64,000 bases of DNA from NCBI GenBank assembly GCA_050084985.1, contig JBITNC010000001.1, positions 121,334,001-121,398,000 of the forward strand, in the 5' to 3' direction. How positions within the stretch are numbered: position 1 is the first letter of the stretch; every line of letters starts with the position of its first letter. Positions 50,140 to 63,835 of this stretch are shown one piece after another. Made by a program: the position numbers and the translations under genes. Under the pieces are notes generated by a model. It was not told the DNA's origin. It did no database searches and saw only the letters and a list, made by a program, of their open reading frames with translations. The stretch comes from Nageia nagi (lineage: Eukaryota > Plantae > Pinophyta).

Positions 50140-53100
50140 AATGTTAGGATGTGGGATCCTAATAGAGGATGTATAGTATAGTTACTTTATGTTGAAGAAA
50201 AAAAGTTGAGTGTTATTATTATTGGTAAGGTGATGCTATGATGTTTAATTTAGAGCTACCATGTTGTTATTGAATGGATTTATAAGTGTATATTAGTACT
50301 GCAAGGTAATGATACATTTGGTAATCTGTTCATACTTGTATTGCCCATATATATATCAATATTGTCTATTCAGATATACATCGATGATATCAAGTTATGC
50401 TATATTAAATCTATATTTGTATGTGCTTTTATTAGAATTAGCATGATGTAATTTGAACATTTTTGTTGCCTTGTTGATATTGCTATGAGAAAGTTGTATG
50501 CTTATAGTGATGTTATCATAATTTTTGGTACCATCAATGCTATTATTGAAAGTTATTATGTTCAAAATATTGTTATTATTACTAACTTGAAGAGAGCCAT
50601 TGAATGGAGGTGTTATTGATTCATGATTATGAATGATGTTGATGAGTAAAGTTGTGAGTATATATTGGTGATCGTTGAAGCTATTATAGTGGAATGTATG
50701 TTAGATCTATTGGGCAATATAATTAACATATGATGAAAATAATAGCAATTATATCACTTATTTATAGTTGTAGTTAATGGTTATTATCATATAGTTGATA
50801 CATGTGTTGTTATTTCAATAAGAAGCGTAAAGATGTAATTTATGGAGTTAGGGGGAGTTTGCAAAATTCTAATGCTATTGGTGTTGAAGGATAAAATCAA
50901 TTGCAATTATTGGATGTTGTTGTTGCTGATAAAGATATGTTCTTCTTAAAATGCTATAAAAAATCTCTTATCTATATTAGAAGAAGAACATAGGGAGATA
51001 AGGGTATTGAATGTCAGTGGTGTTGATATTAGTACTATCATGTTTAATCCACTAATGAAAATGTTAAAGTGAATTTGGCATATTTACATATGGAGTAATT
51101 GAATAATTAATGGTGAAAATATTGATATGCATTTGGTCTTGTACTCATATGAAGATGTTACTGCTTATATGAAGTAAAGCAATTGGTGTTGATTTGTATA
51201 CTGATTTAGAGATTGCTATTGAGATGATTGAGTAATTTGTGTTCATGACATACCCTCATGATAATAGCCTACACCTTTTCCATTATTGAAAAGGAGGAGT
51301 GAAGAATATGACTAGAGTTTTGACGATAATGCCAAAGTGGGAGATTGTTAACCTATGATGTTCTCGTTATTGTCAAAGGAGATAGTTGGCCTAAGTTATT
51401 TTTTATTGTTACTAATAATGCATATAATTCATAATGATAAAGGTGAAAAAGTGAGTTGACATGAATTATTTTCAATGATGCAAAGTCATATAATGTTGGG
51501 TAATGAATAAGTATAGTCATGTCATTTCGGATGAATAATAGAATGAGAAGCATATTGGGTGATGAATTGAGGTCTACTAGGTGATTATACACATATTAGG
51601 TATAAATATATTGTTATTAAGTGTTTTCCATGTGTTCCCATGCTTGAATGAAGCATTGGTAGTGAATTCGATTGCTTTTAAAGTACAATCATGTATTATC
51701 GATGGATGCAAAATGGATGATGTGGATGGATGTTTGCCAAGTGGATCTAAAGTGGTATTAGTGACATTTATAGGTGTTTTTTAGGTGTAACAAGGTATTG
51801 ATGATATGTTCGGTGCTAACATGGAATGCTAATATGTTAAATAAATGTATACTTAGATAAATAATGAAAATATTATATTCTTAGGTGATGATGTAAATAG
51901 AAAAATGACTATCCAAAATATACTAAGTCCAATTGCTAAGATAATAGGTCTCTACTATGAGTTAAGTTAAGTATAGATACCATAGATAGAATGACACAAT
52001 GATGAATGTACTGAGTACCAGTATGTAGAGAAACTCAATCAAATAGAAAGAATTTTGACTTATAACATCAACATGAAGATAGTGGCCCAATTTATACTAA
52101 GTATGGTAGAGAGGATAGAATACTAGCATAGTGGAGCATTTTAAGTATCAATGCGATGAGAAGGTAATACAAAGGTTTAGTTGATGATATTAGCAAAGAG
52201 GTATATGTCCAAAAATGCATTAAGTCTGACATCGTATATGGTAAGGTTAAAAAGAGATGAAGTTTAAAATTGATAAGATGATAAAATAGAAGAAGATATA
52301 CTAGCATATGCATCATGACATAGATGGAAGTCTAAGTGAACTAAGTCCAGTAGAGTGGATAATAGGGTATAAAGGAGAAAGCATTAAGAACTTGTAGGGA
52401 GATACATGCCAAAAATATACTAGTTCTAGAAGTCAAGTAAAATCTTGTAAATGATAAACTAGGTATCTATAAGGCAAAGGAATGAGAATGACCATCAATG
52501 GATGATGTAAGGAAAATGATGATATTAAGAAATACATTTAATCTAATGACATATATGATAAGGCTTTGTGATGATGAAGTTAAGCATTGGTAAGAGAAAT
52601 ACAACTAACAAATTACCAACAAGTGGCATCATCAAAATGAGGATTCCAAAAATATATTAATTTCAATGATACATATGAAAGGACTCACTATTGAATGAGT
52701 TAAGAACCAAAAAATGACCAAAGGTAAAGAGATTTCAGTAGATGATGTTAGTAAAGAGTTGGCTACCAAATTTACACTGAATTTAGTACCTAAGATGAGA
52801 TTGTATTGAGAATACAATGTAAGGCACTAGTGAAGGAGAAATCCAATGGAAAGACTGATAGATGATGTCAAGATAACATAAGCAATAGAAGGTATGGTAA
52901 AGATATACTAGTTCTAGTACCGATGATGAAAAATGATGAAGTCTCAAAATGAACCAATTTTGATAGTATAATGGAAAAGGCTTATAAGTGATGAAATAGA
53001 GTGTTGATATAGAAGAACTATCAAGGGGTTACTAGTAGGTGATCTTAGAAATCAAAAGTAATGAAAATAACACTAATTTTAGTCTATATCAAATATGGAC

Positions 53101-54328
53101 ATGTCGATGAGAGTATAAGCCATCGAATAGAAGGATGATGGATATATATAGTGCCAAAAATCAAGTAAAGGGCTTGGAAAGTAAGTAAATCTAAATGAAA
53201 AATATCTATCAAGTAGTAGAATGATCGAATGAGCATGTATCATCATGAGAATATAGATGAAGATTGGTAAAAATAGTTTTATATTAAATATCATGATTGT
53301 GAATGCCCTAAGCTTATTAGCAACCGTTATCAACATGATCATTATAGTCAAAGGTATGGATAATCATAACTATAAGCTTAAAATAGACACTACCAATAGC
53401 AGTTATAATAGCATTTGTAATTGAAAGAGATAAAGAAATGATAGTGCATATTGCATATAAATGAATTATTGAAGATGCTATCATGACTATTACTAGGGTT
53501 TGAGCTAAAGAGAATATACTTATGAAAAAGATGAATGAGCTTGTATCTTTTGGATGATGGGTGAAGGTGTGTAACCTAAATACTATGATGTTGTTGTTAA
53601 TGTGTGATAATATGTTGTGAGATAATTGAGCATTAGAAAGGGAAGAGAGGGAGAAGAGGCAATGTTGATGATATGAGTGTTAGGGAAAAAGAAAAGAAAT
53701 TGAAGAATATAATACATATTGAAAGAGAACAGTAGTAAGAAGAAGAGAAGGGTAATAAATTGAATGAGATGTCAGTGATGACATGAAGAGATAGATTGGC
53801 AAATATGATGGTGTATTGGATATAAAGACTGATTGTCAAGAATTAAATAGAGGTACTTAAAGGTGAATTCTGATGAGCTATAGACCAATAATGGATCTAT
53901 AAACAATAAAGGCATCTTTATATGTTAAATTGATTATTAAACATGGCATTCTAAGTTGGTGCTTAGCATAGGGTTTGGTGCTCCTTTCAGTTGGTGACGA
54001 TAAAGCAAGGGTTGGTCCTCCTTTGATTGGTTCTAGTAAAGTAAGGGTTGGTGCTCCTTCTAGTTGGTGTTGGTAAATGATTGTAAATTTGGTGCTTTCA
54101 AAAGGGCTATATTTGGACCATGATCCAAGTAGTCTTAGCTAGGGATGTAACCATATTGGTGAACCTCATTATATCTTGTGTTGTGTGATGCTCCTTTTAT
54201 GTACTTCCTTGCTTTGGTTTATTTTAGTTTTTATATTCCATGGTATTAAGTTTATAAGTTAAGCATTTGAGTTTTAAAAATATAACACACTGATTCATCC
54301 CCTTGTTAGTGTCATTATATGACTAACA
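50140..54328 (+). mobile_element. Very decayed LTR-element sequence ending in an LTR-like terminus
   Basis: Repeated gggttggtgctcc motifs at 53970-54070 and a terminus ..ctgattcatcccccttg..ctaaca. Interior not translatable; left boundary uncertain. Confidence 0.4.
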
Positions 54329-54954
54329 AGTTCTTAGAAGATAGACTTATTGATATTGATGCATTTTAATTGTAGTCTATATTTTGTATTAAGACTATGA
54401 TTTTGTAGGGCTCTTAACATTATATTTAATATGATTTTATGTGAGGCTTGTGTGGCTTAATTTTCAAACTCTAAAATTGGAAAAGTGTATCATTTTGCAT
54501 GAAGTACATATAAATCATTATCAAACAAAAACCTACATTTTAAAATTTGAATATATTTTAGCATAATTGAAACTGTATCAAAATGTATTTATAAATAAGT
54601 TATAATATGATAGCAGTATTTAGAGCATATTTGACTTATTTGAGCATAATTATGTAATTATTAATCATTTGAGCATAATTGTATAGAATATTTGACTAGA
54701 GTACTTATCTTTCAAAAATGGTACCCAAAAGTTGATATAATTATTGTAACAAACCTATCAAAAAGAGATAAACTTCCTTTTTCATTTTTGTACAATTAGA
54801 ACACTGTTAAACCAAAGGAGGTTCTTGATATCATAATTTAAGTTTAATATACCAACTTTCTAAATTTTATATGCTTATAGAAAAAGGAGCCCAAAAGATA
54901 TGAAATGATCTAAATGCACCATATTACAAAATGTATTTTCTAAAAAGGCTCTAT

Positions 54955-55420
54955 TAGACATGTATAAAAAACTATGAAAGGGATACACAAGGTGTGGTAA
55001 TTGTTTGACAAGATGCATGATGTAAGCATAGTTTCATAGACTATAAGGATTGCATGGTACCAACAAAATGGGTTTTCTAAAAAAGGCCTTAAGACATGTA
55101 TACAAAATATGGAAGAACACATAAGGCATTGGAATTGTTTGATAAGATGCATGATAAAACATAATTTCATAGTTTGTAATGATTATAGAATAAAAAAAAT
55201 TAGGTTTTCTAAAAAATTACCTCCTCTCTACTCCCTCACCTATGCAAACTTGAAATGCCTAATAAATTTTAAAGTGCCTTAATAACATAACCTTTATATA
55301 TGTTTTATTTGCATGAAGTCATGCAATCTAGTGGATGAGGGTTGTAAATACTTTAATAGTATAAGTGAATCTTATTACATTATTCCTAGGATGAATCATT
55401 AAATGCATTGTTAACTTTTT
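54955..55420 (+). pseudogene. Decayed PLS-class PPR gene fragments
   Basis: DMY..LFDKMHDVSIVS*T..AWYQQNGF..KAL (partly repeated) and VLFA*SHA..LVDEGCKYFNSISESYYIIPRMNH..CIV, typical PLS motifs. Confidence 0.75.
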
Positions 55421-56294
55421 TTCTTGAAATGTGCTTTTTCATAGTCATCTCAATAGAAAGTATCTTTAATATATGATATAGTTAATCTTATTTTCACTTT
55501 TTATCACTTTAGAAAGGGTATTAAACATCTATCGTGGATCTTCTTGATGACTCATGATGGCTAAAGGTTTTATATTATTTCAACCTTTCCTCCCTTACTG
55601 ATTTACATGCCAACATATTCTTTTTATCATCCTCCTCTCTTGTAAAAACTTGGAACTTGTTTAGATTTGGTATTCTATTTTTTAAAAGGAAATCCTAGAG
55701 TAATAAAATATTTTCTCAAAGCTATATTACACATTCTTTTAGCATGTTTGATAGAGTATGAATTATTTATGATGTGTTGTTGCAAATTTCAATATAAGTT
55801 CATAAAATAGTCATGAAAGTGGATAAACTATAAACCATGATTGCTAATTGAAGAATGCTCCACTCACTATCAATAATTCCTCCTTGACACTCTCCTCCTA
55901 GAGGTAAATCTCAACTATGATAAATCCATTGCTCTGTTCTCACCAAGCATCCATAGACATCACCTTGTTAGTGCTCTTTGCCAAGAATTTTTGATGATCG
56001 ACCATGAGCAAGACCAGATAAACATCCCTTTAATTCCTTTTTCATTTCTCCAACCAAGAATAATTAGTTTGTTGCTATTTTTCATGGTTGGAATGTGGAA
56101 CAAGAGGATACATATCCTAGTTTTGTGTAGGTTGCTAATCCAAGGTGTTTGGTGAAGATGGATGAAAATACTAACCCTTGAAGAATCCACATTAGTTGTC
56201 ATAACTTTTTCAATTTCATGAAACCCCTATGGTCTTATCATAGTCAATTACTTGATTGAAATGTCACTTTTGTTATTACTTATATGTTGCTAAC

Positions 56295-56645
56295 TTTTAA
56301 CTATTTTGAGATATGCTTATTCATCCAAATTTTTAATATAAAATTATTATATTTTATTAATAAAATTATTTTAAAATACTTATCAATATGATTATTTTGG
56401 ATGTATTTATCGATCCAACTTTTTTGCATGTAAAATTATTATATTTTATTAATGTAATATTATTTTTTAAAACACTAATATTAAATAATAGATTCCTTAT
56501 AACTATTTTAAGATATCCTTATCCATCCAACTTTTTTAATGTAAATTTATTATATATCATTAATGTAATGCTTTTTTAAAAATGTATAATATAATTATTT
56601 GGGAGTGTATTTCCAAAATCATTATATTATATTAATGTAATATTT
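56295..56645. repeat. Degenerate ~100-bp AT-rich tandem repeat upstream of SCPL
   Basis: tatttt.agatat.cttat.catccaa.ttttt.atgtaaa.ttattatat recurs 3-4 times. Confidence 0.7.
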
Positions 56646-56905
56646 TTGCTTTTATTTCTTTTAAAAAATAGCTAATTTTAAGCAATAGTTCCTCCATTGT
56701 TTTCTCAATCATAATAGCTTTAATTCCACGCTCATGCAAGTCCAACTAAACTAAACTACCCAACGGTCTTCCGAAGCTAAGAACTATGCACAACAGACAC
56801 TTAACTCAGACCAATTTTTTTTCCGAAGCTAATTTCAGACCAATTTTGTTTCCTTAATAGAAGGATTTTCGGTGGTGTAATATGTCACGCTTTACTCTTT
56901 CAAAT

Positions 56906-56922
56906 CCAATACACCTATAAAT
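56906..56922 (+). promoter_or_regulatory. Putative TATA box (with adjacent CCAAT) of the SCPL gene
   Basis: cctataaat ~70 bp upstream of ATG 56986. Confidence 0.5.
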
Positions 56923-56985
56923 CAAATGGTCATGCCAATTGTAAGGAAAACGTAGATTGAAAGAGGTTGTATAAGCTACCATAAG

Positions 56986-59900
56986 ATGGCTTCCAAGGTT
57001 TTGGAGTTTTGCATTGTGTTATCGGTTTTAGTTCATGGTGCGAATTGTGCTTTTCAATATGATTTGATTGTGAAGTTGCCTGGCCAACCTGAAAATTTAT
57101 TCTTCAATCAATATGGTAGATATGTTACCATCGATAAGCACAATGGTAGAGCATTGTTCTACTACTTCGTAGAGGCAGAGAAGAATCCTGAATCTATGCC
57201 ATTGGTCTTGTGGATTAATGGAGGTAAAATAAGATGAATATGTTTCATTATCTTGATTGTACATTCAAATTATTTCAACTTAAGAGACAGTTAAAATCTA
57301 CCTTTTGTATTATACTTTGTGATCCATTATCACCATACAATCCATAACATTATGATTTTTCACCGTAGTTTGTAATGATGTTAAGATAAAAACTATATGC
57401 AAGAATAAAATTTGAGTATATAAGTTTTCTTAAGGTTCAAGAAGTCGTAGGATTGAAAGGCCATATGCGCACTAATAGAAATTACTTTTTCACCAATGTT
57501 ATTTTTCACTGCTATATTCATTAAATTTTTGGGTATGTTGATCAAACTAGTAGCTATTTAATTTAGTGGTCTTAATTCAATTCTTTGAATATGTTTCTTT
57601 TAACTTCAAGGATGTGGATTATGTTTCTTTAAATTTATTGGTCTTGATTCAATTCTTTGAATATGTTTCTTTAACTTCAAGAATGTGGATTATGTCTGCC
57701 ATATATATTTCAAATCCTTTGATCAATCATTGCAGGGCCTAGATGCTCATCACTTGGATATGGGGGCGTTTGAGGAGCATGGTCCTTTCAGACCCACAAC
57801 CTAGGGTTCATATAAAAACGAATTTTCTTGGAATAAAGGTACTTACTATGTTTTTATTCTTGGTGTTTTTGAGTTATATTATTGGTATATATTCTTATGG
57901 TATACGATTGTTCTTATTGATGGCAGAAGCAAATGTACTATATATTCGGAGCCCTATTGGAGTAGGATTTTCATATTCAAATAATAAGTCAGACTATTGA
58001 TTGTTTAATACACTTAAACTGGTATACCATCTTCCTCTAAAACTGTTATATCATCTTCCTCTATATATCTTTAGACAGCAATGTACAGACGTTTATAGTT
58101 TCTTTTCACAATGGGTTGTGCTTAAATGATTTAGTTACCTTATGTGTTTCTATTTTGGTTGTGATCCTTTTGAACTGCATTCTTTATAAATTATGGGTGG
58201 CTAATTTTTATGTTGGATCATATAGGAAAGACTAACAAAGGAAGTTTTCTCTATGCTTAAAACTAATCAATAATTGTTGAATGATGCAGCCCAGGATATT
58301 TTGGAATTCCTCCTGATTGGGTTTTAAAAATTTCCAGAGTACAGACACTCGGAGTTTTACTTAGCAGGAGAGAGCTATAGAGGTATGTGTACGTAATGCT
58401 CCTTTGTTTAAAAGTATTTGTTAGACTGATAGATAAGAGTTGATAAACTTTCACTTTCCCAAAATTTACATATCACTTAAAGGTTTATTTTCTATGCTCT
58501 ATATAACCAATATTATAAGGTTTCTAACTGATGTCCAAAATTTACCCATTGTATATGCAGAATACACATTAAATGGAAGGATGGTTTTGTTTATGTCGTC
58601 AATATCTTTTAATGAATTTCACCAATGTCATACAGGGCATTATATTCTTCAATTTGCAAGCCTTGTGCTAGACTACAACAGAAGGCCAAGCATCGTTCCT
58701 ATCAAACTCAAAGCAATTCTTGTATGTTATGAACATTGTTAAGTATGGAGCCTAATATTTAATGAGGTGTATTCAATATGATCCGGATCTTCAATTTTAA
58801 TGAAACTGGGTGGTTTAATCCATATGCCAACAAAATCATGTGCAAAATCATTGATCTATATATCCATGTGAGTTGGGAGGAGAAAATCAAGCTGGAATCT
58901 CATTGCATGAGAGAGAAATATCTTGGCTGTCATTTTGAGAGCCACATGAGAGTCAGCCAGTAGAGCTGAGAGCCATGGTGATTGGTGTAGACAGTAGAGG
59001 TAAATACACCATGGTGGTTGGGTGCTACACAATGCATGCAAGGTCAATCAAGGTTTAGTGATTGGGTGAGATGATCAATGGTTTTGTGAGAGGAAGGCCA
59101 GTATAATGTTTGTTACAGTTGTAATCCCTCACATGTATTATACTGATGTCCTGAGAGGTAATAATGCCTGAGTGTAAGCAGAATCCTAGAAGGATCCTGG
59201 ACTAGTGTGTACACCCTAGGTTGGGTATGGGAGTACATTATGGTAGATCTTGAGAGGATCAAGTATGTTCAAGGTTTGGGCATGACACACGGTGATAGTG
59301 TGTGACAGGCATTACGGAAAGGTGTCCATGGAAGCATTATGAAAAGATGATCCATGGAAGCATTCTTGTGATGTATTCCTCCAAAGAGAAGATGAGAGGA
59401 ATTGCTTGTAATCACGGTGGAGTGATTATGTTGTGGGTGAAGGAGAAACCCATATGTGAAAAGTTTGCTGGGAGATGGAGAGAGGATGTTGCAGCAAGAT
59501 TGTTGTTCAGTTCTTCCTTCATGTATTTGTAATTGTTGGAATAATAGAATTACTGTGTTGGTGCTTCTCCAAGGATGTAGCTCAATGATGTTGAGTGAAC
59601 ATTGTTAAATTTGATGTTCTTTTTTTGTCTGCATAATTTATTTCTGTTGTTAATTAATTTTCTCTAAATAAATCAGAATGCTAAATCCCAATAAATATTT
59701 CTTTATACAAGTGGTACCTGTGATTCTAATACCGTGAAAATATAGAATAAGGTTTTCAAGTACTTGGATATTGAGCTCAGAATAAACAAATAATGAATTT
59801 CTAATGTTACATGGTTTGATCTCAGATGATACTTACTTACTTTCAGATACTGTCTGTAATAATTCTAAGTTTTGGATAGAGATGTTTGTTACTATGAATG

Positions 59901-61936
59901 TCTCCGAAGATTGTAATTACGAGTAGAGACCGAGGGAGTAGATAGAGAAATGGGACGTGATGTGGATCAGTATGATGTTGCCTTTAATTTTTGTTCATAT
60001 CAAAATACACTTGACACTCAACAATCAAAGATTCAACAGGTAATGTGACTATGAATCCTTGAATCAGCATATGTGTAGTTGAATCATTTCTACATACATT
60101 TTTAAATCTGGTTTAAAGTGATATAGGTATCAATTATAGATACATTCGAAACCATTTGATGGTCCATTAGCACTCCAAACAATTTTCTGATGAAATAAAT
60201 GTAATTTGTTGAGACATAATTTTCAAGCAAGTATTTTGACAGAGATGTCCACATGTAAGCTCCATATTGTTATCCTATTCGAGATAGATATCCTTTATAT
60301 ACAAAATTAATCAATCAATATCTGAGTTTGGTTACTTGCATAGTGATAATGGTTTTTGGTTGAACAGGATCCTCAAAATATTTGGGCAAATGATTCAACA
60401 AAATTTAGCGGAGAAATAAAGATCTGCAGTCAAGTTGACATCTATAATTACTTGAACAGGCCTGATGTGCAGAAGGCAATTGACGTAAATACAACTTTCC
60501 TGCCTTATCCATGGTCTTCTTGTAATGAGTATATCTATGTTTCATTTTGCCTTTTGTTTATTTTTCTTGATTTGCCGCTAGTTAACTTCGTATATGTTAC
60601 CATAGTGGTCATTATTTTCTTTAGTTTCATCATTCATGATGATAAAATTTTGGCATGCAAGCTTTAAGATCACCCTGCTATATCCAATTCATCTACCTGA
60701 TTGCATGAAGTTTATTTATTTCTTGAGAAATTTTTCTATGTTAGTGAATTCAGAAACCACTGGCCTATCATATATCGTGTGCTATGAGTCAATGGGTCGT
60801 AATTCACATTTAATTTTATCCAGGCCTTTGGCTTATGATCAAAGCAACAGGGGAACTAACATTATACCCGTTCTCTCTGACCTTTTGAAGGCAGGTCTAC
60901 CCATTATGCTTTTCAGGTAAAACTTGCTGATGAGAGTAGTATTGCCAAAATTTTCCATAATTTCACAGTGGGGATCAAGACTCAGTTGTGCCATTTACTG
61001 CAACACGAACCATTGCCAACAATCTGGCGAAGGAGTTGGAACTATACACATTCATTCCATGCAATGCTTGATATCACGAGAAACAGGTGAGTCCTGACCT
61101 TAAGTATCTTGTGAATTCAAGGAACTTTTTGTTCGTCTCTTCTGTTACAGAAGATTATTTGTATGCTCAAATACATGTATATATATACTCACCTAAAGTA
61201 CTTGTGTTTTATCATGAATATTTCTATATGGTGAATAGGTGGATATTTCGAGCTGAGATTTTTGATATAATATCTCATTAAAACAAACTTCTTACATATG
61301 AAATGGATCATAAGAATCTTGTACTTAATATCAATACATAAGATCACATGGAGAACATTACTACCTAGAGTATCTTTAAGAAGTTTTATGTTCCAGTAAG
61401 CAATTTATCGTAGTGTTGCTTCACAGAATTGAATGCAAATTTAAACTTAGAAAAGAAAATTTCTTGGTTTCATTATTTAGTGTGTTGGTAGGCCAAAAGT
61501 AAGTGCATCCACTGTTAGAAAGTATTTTATAGGATTGGAAGATCGATCTTACTAGGTGACTTGAAAGATATGGAGTACCATGACTAGGTGACTTGAACGA
61601 TATGGAATACCGATGGCGAGTAACTATGAGTGTTTTTGAGTTCAATTTCTTATTGTAGAGGTAGATGACTTACAAAGACGATCAAAATTGGTGATGGTTA
61701 CGAGATAGATGCATCGAATCATATGTTGCTGATCAAAATTGGAACTGAAACAGGTGGCAGGATGGACTCAAGCATATGGACATGAATTGAATGACAAGGA
61801 ACAAACTATCTTAACATTCGCAACTGTGAGAGGTGGAGCACATTTAGTTCCTTATAGTAATCCTTGTCAGGCATTGACTTTGTTCACAGGAAAGCCATTG
61901 CCTGCTAGTAAATATCTTCATTTCATGGTAAGGTAA
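56986..61936 (+). pseudogene. Serine carboxypeptidase-like (S10, clade II-like) pseudogene, 10 exons: 56986-57223, 57736-57838, 57927-58021, 58290-58382, 58636-58721, ~59746-60039, 60368-60528, 60824-60916, 60969-61086, 61754-61936
   Basis: Signal peptide, [84 protein letters not shown]; GT-AG introns. In-frame stops at 57802, 57998 and 61069 plus frameshifts. Confidence 0.93.
58737..59693. mobile_element. Solo LTR in SCPL intron 5
   Basis: TGTTAA..CCAATA (CA>TA) flanked by AACAT/AATAT TSD-like 5-mers; contains the ggatgtagc..gtgaac motif common in plant LTRs. Confidence 0.75.
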
Positions 61937-63109
61937 TGTTGAGAATCGAAGATTTATTTATGTTTGAATTGTTGGTTAGTTGATCATGTATTTATCTTGT
62001 ATCTTATATTCATGTTCTATTTCCATTACTAAACATATATACTATGTACTAACCTACTACAAAGACGATTCTTGACAAGACAAAATGATTTATGAGAACT
62101 GAGCAATGAATATCAATTGTATTTGCATTATTATATTTAACATCTTCAAGTAAATATCAGTCCAACCAATATATTGTCAATCTACTCTTTATTTATTCCA
62201 TTCTGCTTAACGTAGATTTGATGTTCCAACTTCTACAGAAACTGATATGACTGCAAATAATTTAATTTATCTGTCCATGAGATGAATCTGATATTATTAA
62301 TTTGAAGATGCCAGTGTAAATAAAATTTGAGAATATTATAAATAAATTTTGTAGTTTGTAATGTTCGCCCACCACCTTGCACAGCCTCCAGTCTGTGTCG
62401 TACATTTTCATCCATCCAATGGCGGGCAACCGCATCGCCGGTTTGCACCATGCATGCAACAGAGAATAATAACCAACAAGCTGCTTCTTAATTTTTCAGT
62501 ATCTATCAGTATCAAACTTCAATATCAGCTTCGGTTCAATACTTGGACGCCACTGCCCTCTAAATGAAGGAGCTTCAACAGAGAATAGTAACCAAAAAGC
62601 TTTCTTAATTTCTTTTAATCGACGACGATAGGATGAGGTGGAAAGCTACGTGGAATCGCTATGGGGAAAGCCATTCATTAGTGGATGACTCGCTCAGGGA
62701 TATTAACAAAGATTATATATCTTAATAAAAAGAGTTCTCATATATTAATTTAATGGGTTTTGGCATAGATTATATTTTCTAGAAAATATATCATAGTCTT
62801 TAGAACACATCATTTTTCCTCTTAAGTTTTTGTCATGCTTTATTCTTAAGAGGAAAGAAACAAAATCTTTCTTATTGAGCCATAGTTCATGGGATGTTCA
62901 AGTTTATTTATACCCTTGGAGAAGTAACTTATAAATATTTTTTTAAATTCCACTATGGAGATGAATTGGAGCATTCATTAAGTTATTAAGAATCATACAA
63001 GGAAGTAAGCAATTATCGCAAGAGTTTATGTAAAGATTAACATCAAGAAGCTCGAAAGCATATATTGTGTTTTTTTAATAGTTAAATTTAATTTCCTATT
63101 AATTGCAAA

Positions 63110-63835
63110 AGGTATTTACTTGCGGGGATCAAACCACCGAGCCTCAATGTGAGCAGGTAAGCAAGCGAAACTAAAGTGGCAGGAATCTGGCCACTGAGCT
63201 CATTGCCATACGGGCTGGCTGGTGATAGAGAGCTACTATTGCACTTGTCATACGAAAGGGAGATGGGTCAAGCAGGAACAAACGTTATTTCAGACAGAAG
63301 GGGCCAAAAACATGAATCATGATCTGAAAAGTTTATATAGGCTATTTTAACTGAGTAGATACCTGAAGGAGTGGCAGACCAAGTGATCTTGTCTACCCTA
63401 AAAGGTTTGAGTTGATAGGTAAGAAACATTGATTCTAGATCTCTTCTCTCTGCAATGTTATCAGGTAACCTTCCGTCCATTCTACGCCACTGTGGCATCC
63501 TTGCCCCATCTCGGTCTATCCAATCATAGTAGTTGCAAACCTGTTCTCCCTTTGAAGAACAAAGAATATTTGTATACCTCCCAGTTCATCCAGACTAGAT
63601 AGGGGGTAGGGTGTAAGCCATGCATCAACCGAAAGAAAATGATGAACATTCTGGCTATGCCTACATCCCACTTGAGGAAGCGTTGCATAAGATGGCGAAC
63701 TGTTTTTAGGCTTGCACAAGATGGCGAACTTTTTTTTAGGCCATTCGCGTTGCCCACACATTTGACATGTTCGATGTATATCCCTGCCAAAAACATTTCC
63801 CATGGTCTAATTGTACGATTCTACCAGTCTAATCC
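63110..63835 (-). mobile_element. L1 ORF2 post-RT fragment (zf-RVT-proximal), CpG-rich; possibly a NUMT
   Basis: ORF 63268-63498 DKITWSATPSGIYSVKIAY matches the D..W....G.YSVKSAY motif; RHLMQRFLKWDVG lies upstream. GC and CpG are clearly above the flanks. Confidence 0.65.

Noticed and set aside
57566-57695. Short local duplications (here ~72 bp; also 61551-61612, 42757-42804, 32080-32200)
   Set aside because: Ordinary slippage-type duplications with no sign of function.
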